Notes under the pieces: generated by a model
The model's input: only the letters and a program-made list of their open reading frames with translations
What the model was told of the DNA's origin: nothing
The model's database searches: none
Position numbers and translations under genes: made by a program
Shown here: positions 59,901-64,000 of the stretch, piece after piece
Position numbering within the stretch: the stretch's first letter is position 1
How the letters are laid out: each line of letters opens with the position of its first letter
Assembly: GCA_050018395.1 (NCBI GenBank)
Contig: JBEKAC010000001.1
Location: forward strand, 6,192-70,191
From: Dehalococcoidales bacterium
Lineage (GTDB): Bacteria; Chloroflexota; Dehalococcoidia; Dehalococcoidales; RBG-16-60-22
Length of the DNA: 64,000 nt
Direction: 5' to 3'

Positions 59901-61258
59901 GTGAACGTAGCGCCGCCGTCATTGGAGACGAAAATAGTACCTTCAGTACTAGTGGTAGCGTATATCCTTGAGCTGGTGGCGAAGTCCTGCGCCAGGGCCA
60001 GAGATGACGGGGAGGCGCCCGTGAGGCCGCCGATGCTGGAAGTCCAGGTGCTCTGTAGAGCGCTGGTGGAGCCGGCCATCGGAGCGGTGTTCCAGACAAT
60101 CATCGGTCCGGGACCGCCGGGCGGAGGAAGAGTGGCGTAGCAGGCGCCGTAGAGAGTGCCGGCCGCGTAGGTGCCGGAGTAGGCAAGGTCGGTGACCTGG
60201 AAAAGGCCTGCGGCCGCAGCCCACCAGGTGGGCGCGCCCAGAGCGATGCCTACACCGGTAGCCGGTGCAGTGGGAGTGCCAGCGCCGACGCCGATGCGGT
60301 ACACGTTATCAGGAACCGCAGGTGGGATACCAGTACCGTTGGTGACAATGCTGACGAAGCAAAGACGTGCGAGCACCGAGCTGGCATTGAAGTCCGAAGG
60401 GAAGGCAATGGAGCTCTTGACGATAGCAAGGCCACCCGTAATATCAAGAACCGTGTTATCAATCACGGAACCGATATACGTTGCCGGAATTGGGGAACCG
60501 GGCAGGGTCTTGTCCCACTGGGGAACAAAGCCGATGTTATCATCGCCTACCAGGGTGTGCAGCGCCGTGCCGCCAGTGGGGCCTGCGGCGGTAGAGCCGA
60601 CGGCCAGTCTGGTGGAGTCGATCAGGAAGTTGGGCGAATAGGCAACGCTGGTGACATCTGCGATGAGGTTCTGGCTGCCCCAGTTGAGCGTGCCATCTTT
60701 GCCCCAGATATAAACGTTGCCATAGGCAGGGGCGCCGGCTTCGGTACCGGCCATGACTTCGCCGTTGCCGGCAGCATAGCTGGGAGAGACGGCGAGGCAG
60801 GTGCCGATATCGCTACCGGCCGTGCCAATGGTTCCGCCGAGGACGGCGAATATGGCCCCGCCGCTGGCGGAGATGTAGACCTGCGGCGCTACCGCCGGTA
60901 AGATCGAACCGGAAGAAAGTACGAACACGGTATGGTCGGTGGCGTAGCTGGGTGAAATCGCCAGGTCAACCAGTTTGTTGGGGGCGGCAAGCCCTAAAGA
61001 TAACGAGGGAACCCAGCTTAAACCGCCGTTGGTGGACTTGAAGACCATGCTGTTGGCTTCATCAAGGGCAAAAATATCGCCGTTGGAGGCTACCTGTACC
61101 ATAGCAAAATTAGCGCCCGAAACAATATCAGGGTTAACAGTATTGGGAACATTTTGTGTTGACCAAGTAGCTGCTGAAGCCTTTGGTACCGCTCCTACAA
61201 AAATCGAAGAGAGCAGAATTACTACCAGCAACAAAGACGAGAATAATAACTTCTTCAT
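53918..61258 (-). CDS. Giant secreted/surface protein: BNR/Asp-box propeller x2, internalin-like LRR blocks x3, InlB B-repeat-like domains, 5 C-terminal PNGGE Ig-like repeats
   Basis: Signal peptide, S.DGG..W/F Asp-boxes, 22-aa LxxLxLxxNxIxDIxxL repeats with FPDxxLE caps, GW.F.GWSGD, five T(S/L)PNGGE.W repeats; GGAGG RBS. Confidence 0.9.
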   Translation of the reverse strand: MKKLLFSSLLLVVILLSSIFVGAVPKASAATWSTQNVPNTVNPDIVSGANFAMVQVASNGDIFALDEANSMVFKSTNGGLSWVPSLSLGLAAPNKLVDLAISPSYATDHTVFVLSSGSILPAVAPQVYISASGGAIFAVLGGTIGTAGSDIGTCLAVSPSYAAGNGEVMAGTEAGAPAYGNVYIWGKDGTLNWGSQNLIADVTSVAYSPNFLIDSTRLAVGSTAAGPTGGTALHTLVGDDNIGFVPQWDKTLPGSPIPATYIGSVIDNTVLDITGGLAIVKSSIAFPSDFNASSVLARLCFVSIVTNGTGIPPAVPDNVYRIGVGAGTPTAPATGVGIALGAPTWWAAAAGLFQVTDLAYSGTYAAGTLYGACYATLPPPGGPGPMIVWNTAPMAGSTSALQSTWTSSIGGLTGASPSSLALAQDFATSSRIYATTSTEGTIFVSNDGGATFTALPITLPPPVVVTFPDPHLETVIRNAINKPTGDIFQSDLLPLTTLIAYFGNITNLSGLEYCTNLQFLNLQYNQINNINALQNLTNLQTLYLDDNQINDISALQNLTGLQNLYLSNNQITDISALQNLTNLQSLYLDNNQISNIGALQNLTGLQTLVLGSNQINDISPLVTNPGLGSGDYINLQYNSLDTNPGSQAMLDIQALIDRGASVYYLPCVLTINIVGQGSVARDPDKPDYLQGELITLTANPAPGWVFVGWSGDLTGAGSPTGIGMDGSKTITATFKQVVNFPVFVVDNVARNIVDKSEDGGSTWTASAAIPGAVIVDLKISPNYTTDHTVFALSSGNVTTAPQVYISTNGGALFSVLGGTIGPAGSYIGTSLAVSPIYNNGEGEIMVGTVGIAPGFGNVHIWGKDNVEAWKIQNLNEDITSVAYSPNFLLDSTRLAVGSTAAAGTVLHTMVGDDNIAGTPAWDKTIPYALIDSRVLDTNSTGANIISSSIALPSDFNASSILTRICFVSIVANPALAVNNVYRIAVAAGTPLPAETGAGIPMGPPTWFLPPADFSVQSLVYSGTYADGTLFGGLANKDMIVKNTVPMGVSPIGSWSSSIGLTGDGPTYLALTNDFATSSRMYATTSAEGTIFVSNDGGATFTALAITLPPPVVVTFPDPNLEAAIRSAINKQSGDIYASDLLGLTSLDAGSKNITNLSGLEYCSNLQSLYLWGNQISNIGPLQNLTSLTSLRLDSSQITDISALQNLTNLQSLNLWNNQISDISALQNLTNLRELELWNNQISNISALQNLTSLNWLQLGRNQISDISPLQNLTSLTGLILDNNQISDVSALQNLTNLTWIDLSNNRINDINALQNLTSLRDLSLSQNKIADISHLSNLTNLITLDLWSNQISNVSALSDLTNLNNLNLSYNNIIDITALSGLTNLLNLTIDVNQISDISALFVMTNLSYLDLSYNNIIDITVLKELTNLSTLVLYNNKISDITSLANLTSLQGLYLESNQITDISPLVTNLGLGSGDSITLQNNFLDTNPGSQNMLDIQTLINRGANVTYLPQNVKQVVVTFPDHNLEAAIRSAINKPNGDIYASDLLGIISIDAGGKNITNLSGLEYCSNLQSLYLWGNQISNLGPLQNLTSLTSLRLDSSQITDISALQNLTNLQSLNLSNNQINNIDALQHLTNLISLDLGMNKTTDISSLQNLTKLTFLGLYSNQITYIDALQNLTSLQCLYLDTNQINDINGLQNLTGLQNLNLSANQIDNINALHNLTSLTSLYIGGNHIDNIDTLQNLTGLQILWLNGNKITSIDILQNLPNLINLELENNQITDISPLVANPGLGSGDSIELEYNFLDTNPGSQNMVDITTLINRGVSVYYLPQSIQYYNLTINTTGQGTVDRNPDQSNYAQGNLVELTAKPELGWSFAGWSGDLSGTTNPTPITMDSNKTVTATFTRNTFTIKAGAGAHGSISPSGNITVEYSDNQTFTITPDTNYHVADVLADGASVGAVTAYKFSNLTGDHTISASFAINPIVVTSPNGGESWAVGSSHAITWSSAGIAGNVNILLSRDGGTSWAPTPVISNTRNDGTQSWIVTGPATSQARIKVVSVSNPTVFDISDANFNIVQSLTLTSPNGGEIWMAGTNHAITWLSAGITGNVNILVSRDGGISWAPVISNTPNDGTQSWAVTGPATSQARIKVVSVSSPAVFDTSDANFTIVQSITVTSPNGGESWVVGSSHVITWSSAGITGNVNILLSRDGGISWATVISNTPNDGTQSWAVTGPATSQARIKVVSVSNPTVFDISDANFNIVQSLTLTLPNGGESWMAGTNHVITWSSAGITGNVNILISRDGGTSWTPVISNTPNDGTQSWAVTGPATSQARIKIVSVSNPAVFDTSDANFNIVQSITVTSPNGGENWKIGSTQTITWDSTGVSQVRIDISRDGGVTWSTIIPTAQSNGHLSWKVTGLASSHARIRIVALGGSVFDISDADFNIVR

Positions 61259-61354
61259 GCCTGCGTATACCTCCCAGCCAAATTTTTGTATATATTACTA
61301 AAACAATAGTTGCATCTTAAAGCTTATGATAATAAAATTGCTCTGCCTCGTAAC

Positions 61355-61383
61355 AAAAAAACCGACCTTTTCAAAGTCGGTTT
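61355..61383 (-). terminator. Riboswitch expression-platform terminator
   Basis: ACCGACUUU-GAA-AAGGUCGGU then a U-tract; the 5' arm overlaps the aptamer 3' end. Confidence 0.8.
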
Positions 61384-61448
61384 CACTACTAGCTCGCCAT
61401 CACCCAAGTGACCACTTACAGGTGACGGTTCAATGCCTCATTGCCAGG
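61372..61448 (-). ncRNA. c-di-GMP-II riboswitch
   Basis: CAAUGAGGCAUUGAA-CCGUCACC-UGUAAGUGGUCACUUG-GGUGAUGG-CGAG-CUAGUAGUGAAACCGAC-UUUG. It has the UGA/GAG kink-turn, UAGUAGUG.AACCGAC, and a pseudoknot UCAC/GUGA that covaries with the usual GCAC/GUGC. Confidence 0.88.
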
Positions 61449-61527
61449 TATTATTTACTACATTTAGTCTATTTCAATCAATCTCCTCAATATTTTTAAT
61501 ATGGCAATAATCTCAAAAGATGGGTAT

Positions 61528-61556
61528 ATTATAGTTGATAAAGGTTTTCTGGTCAA
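61528..61556 (-). promoter_or_regulatory. Sigma70 promoter of the riboswitch/adhesin transcript
   Basis: TTGACC-17-TATAAT. Confidence 0.7.
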
Positions 61557-61607
61557 CGTAACTTATCTTAACATTACTTAACAATATCTACACTAGTGAT
61601 GATTTAT

Positions 61608-62870
61608 TCAACTCAAATGTGCATAACGTGCCTTTTGAATTAATCCTGCCTCAATAATTTTACAAGTTAGTCTATGGCCACATTCAAGCTGAAGAAGCTT
61701 TGTTGCCACTTCCTCACCTTCATTGGCAGCTATTATTGCCCAAGCACTTGCCAAGCACCCATCAGATTGTTTTACCAAGTGTTTCCAATCCCTACTAGAT
61801 AACTTAAAGGGTAGAATTCCACGCCGCTCCCCGAACAGTGGAGCACAGTCTTGAAAATCCTTCCAGTAATCAGTAACCTGTGCGCGCTCTTTGCGGGTGG
61901 CAGTATTTGGATCGATTATCCTTATAAATTTATCAGTTCCAAACGCCCATAAGTCCGACTTCGATTCTAAAAATGTGTTGAAATCCATGACCTTATCGAA
62001 CATCCGCAAGCCATTGCGCCTGAACTGTAACTCAAACCTAGAAACGGGATGATCCTTTTCCCTGCCGTTAGCTGCCCATATAGGGATAAAGTGCTCTTGA
62101 TGTTTAACGGAAATTTCGTAAGCCTTGTCATAGAAACGACAGACAAGCATCCCTTTTTTCCCGAATTGATATCCTGTATCCCGTTGACCACTTATAAAAT
62201 CACCACCAAAATACAGGTCCTTTTTTCGCAATCTTGTTACTAACTGCTTTTTTCGATCCACATTAGGTAATGGTATCAGCATATCTACACATAAATCAGC
62301 TCGTGATACCCTAGAATAATCAGGGTATGTAAATCGATTTAGGAATTCTATCAACTTGTTGTATGCCAGTATGTCACCTTCATGCCATAGATATTCTGAC
62401 CGCAGTATCGCTCTAAGTTCAGGAGAAGGTTTACCACCTTTAGCATTAGGCATAATCTGTAATGTTATGTCGCCGTTAGTTAGCAGATATTCATAGCCAC
62501 CGGTTGAACCGCGTGGCAGCACCATGAATTGCTCCCCGAACCAATCCACCGCTACACCTTTGCGGCCTTTATAACCGGATGTTATCGCCTCCGATTTCGC
62601 TTCGGTAAGGCGTTTAAACGCTTCTGGGTTAATGTATTCGTTAATCCCAAAGTTTAACTCCAAAGTATCAACACCAGCAGCAACGATATTCGGGTACTTA
62701 TTTTTATCAATTTTATAGCTAACACTGGCGTTTGAGGCCCCCGTGATACATGGGAACGGGGGCCGGGTTTCCGGGTGATATTCCTCTTCAATAACCTCTG
62801 CGCCATAATGCTCAATGACATAATCCACAAGGTGCGAGGTGCCTGGTACATATTTACTCTTGTTTTCCAT
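61608..62870 (-). CDS. Replication initiation factor, Rep_trans/MobT-like
   Basis: GVDTL, VSRADLCVD, TGYQFGK, RFYDK (catalytic Tyr), RFELQFR. Confidence 0.78.
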   Translation of the reverse strand: MENKSKYVPGTSHLVDYVIEHYGAEVIEEEYHPETRPPFPCITGASNASVSYKIDKNKYPNIVAAGVDTLELNFGINEYINPEAFKRLTEAKSEAITSGYKGRKGVAVDWFGEQFMVLPRGSTGGYEYLLTNGDITLQIMPNAKGGKPSPELRAILRSEYLWHEGDILAYNKLIEFLNRFTYPDYSRVSRADLCVDMLIPLPNVDRKKQLVTRLRKKDLYFGGDFISGQRDTGYQFGKKGMLVCRFYDKAYEISVKHQEHFIPIWAANGREKDHPVSRFELQFRRNGLRMFDKVMDFNTFLESKSDLWAFGTDKFIRIIDPNTATRKERAQVTDYWKDFQDCAPLFGERRGILPFKLSSRDWKHLVKQSDGCLASAWAIIAANEGEEVATKLLQLECGHRLTCKIIEAGLIQKARYAHLS

Positions 62871-62986
62871 GTATATATTTACCCGCCCATGTGACAGGTG
62901 TAGAATATGCGCGGGGGAACAAGGCAATTTTAGGGCGGGCCGCAATCCTTCCTCTAAATATTTTGCCTTTATTCCCCCACCGCTTT

Positions 62987-63169
62987 TTAGGTGTTATTTT
63001 TCCTCGGCCTGCCTCCTTTCTTACCCCAAGTTGAAGCCATCCCAGGATAGCGTTTTCTTAGGGTTTCTTGCCCCTTTTTCCCAATTTCAACGAAGTGGCC
63101 GCGCCCCCTCTTATCGAGGAGGGACAGGCCACCCCTTCGACCCGCTATTTTTACCGTCATATCTCCCAT
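62987..63169 (-). CDS. Small basic KGG/GsiB-like protein with C-terminal GRPRK
   Basis: MTVKIAGRRGG, FVEIGKKG, WGKKGGRPRK. Confidence 0.55.
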   Translation of the reverse strand: MGDMTVKIAGRRGGLSLLDKRGRGHFVEIGKKGQETLRKRYPGMASTWGKKGGRPRKNNT

Positions 63170-63192
63170 ATCTACACTCGTTTTCAAGGCAT

Positions 63193-63230
63193 AAAAAAAG
63201 GGGTGACGACGCATATTCTGCGTTGTCACC
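63193..63230 (-). terminator. Strong intrinsic terminator/attenuator just upstream of the KGG and rep genes
   Basis: AAGGGGTGACAACGCA-GAATA-TGCGTCGTCACCCC followed by a T-tract on the minus strand. Confidence 0.75.
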
Positions 63231-63325
63231 CCTTAACTTTACTTCGTTTACTATCGGGTATTTACCCGATAGATTAGAGGGTTAACCTTAAATTGTTGAA
63301 AACCTCCTCTTACTGGCTTCCCTTA

Positions 63326-63356
63326 ATTATACAGCATGCCTTTTGGTTAATGTCAA
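63326..63356 (-). promoter_or_regulatory. Sigma70-like promoter with a 19-bp spacer
   Basis: TTGACA-19-TATAAT. Confidence 0.5.
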
Positions 63357-63459
63357 TACTTTTCACCACAATTTACCTAGCAGGCGTGCGCGGCGGCGCC
63401 GACCGCACGCTCTGCCTATTGCCTCGCTTTGAATTTTTGGTTATTCATAACGTTAAACT

Positions 63460-64000
63460 TTACTTAAATCCCATCACGTCAGCAGGGCTGGCTTTTTCGT
63501 GCGCTTTGAGCGCGTCTTCCACACCCAGGGTTGATGTATAACGCCTCACCATTTCTAACTCACTATGCCCCAGCAGGTACTGAAGGTTAAACACGTTTTT
63601 ATCTACCCTTAAGAAATTCAGCGCGAACGTATGCCGGAAACGATGAATATTTCCGTCTCCGCCTACCCCCGACCTTTGTTTTAGTCTCTTCATCATACAC
63701 TGGACACCGACGGGGGTTAGAGGCTTACCTTCTTCGGTAAGCCATAACTCTTCCCTGCCATTCGCTGTACGGTGCATGAGATAACGCCAGACTGATTTTT
63801 GAGCCGTTTTACCTATACGGACGACTCTTTCTTTACTCCCCTTGCCCAAAACCCGAATATTTCCATTTTCGTTGTTGATGTCCTGTATTTTTATACCAGT
63901 TAGTTCCATTAATCTTACACCAGAATCAAGGAGAACCAGGACAATGGCACGGTTACGACTACCTAAAAACTTGGCGTTGCTTTCGTAGTCCTTATCACAG
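63460..64000 (-). CDS. Tyrosine recombinase/integrase, C-terminal catalytic part (5' end beyond the window)
   Basis: The frame is open to the window edge: RNRAI..LLDSGVR, GKGSKER, HRFRH, LGH, RRY. Confidence 0.92.
   Translation of the reverse strand, partial: CDKDYESNAKFLGSRNRAIVLVLLDSGVRLMELTGIKIQDINNENGNIRVLGKGSKERVVRIGKTAQKSVWRYLMHRTANGREELWLTEEGKPLTPVGVQCMMKRLKQRSGVGGDGNIHRFRHTFALNFLRVDKNVFNLQYLLGHSELEMVRRYTSTLGVEDALKAHEKASPADVMGFK

Larger units (their letters stand above)
53621..64000 (-). mobile_element. tRNA-Pro-targeted integrative element (integrase, Rep_trans initiator, adhesin cargo); extends past the window end
   Basis: A tRNA fragment at one end, a tyrosine recombinase at the other, a Rep_trans-type gene in between, all genes on the same strand. 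Confidence 0.8.

Overview
The gene content suggests an anaerobic bacterium, most likely Chloroflexota/Dehalococcoidia (inference). Bases 1 to ~53,400 are a catabolic region with many paralogs: two UGSC-family proteins (one with an in-frame UGA, a UxxC motif and a clear SECIS hairpin) flanking two SDRs that resemble the lignin Calpha-dehydrogenases LigL and LigD. It also has four ATPase-less Dpp/Opp ABC cassettes, an AprAB-like flavoprotein/ferredoxin pair, two copies of a VAO-flavoprotein/CCG Fe-S/VAO-flavoprotein cassette, three SnoaL/NTF2 proteins, two URO-D-family proteins, six cupin-like paralogs, more SDRs, and IclR/MarR regulators with visible operators. From 53,621 to the window end is an integrated element. 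It is bounded by a tRNA-Pro(GGG) 3' fragment and carries a tyrosine integrase, a Rep_trans-type initiator, a KGG-like peptide and a 2446-aa propeller/LRR/Ig surface protein under a c-di-GMP-II riboswitch. Top hypothesis: a glutathione-independent, selenoprotein-based route for anaerobic cleavage of lignin-type beta-aryl ethers. Family assignments come from motifs and recalled sequences; no database searches were run.
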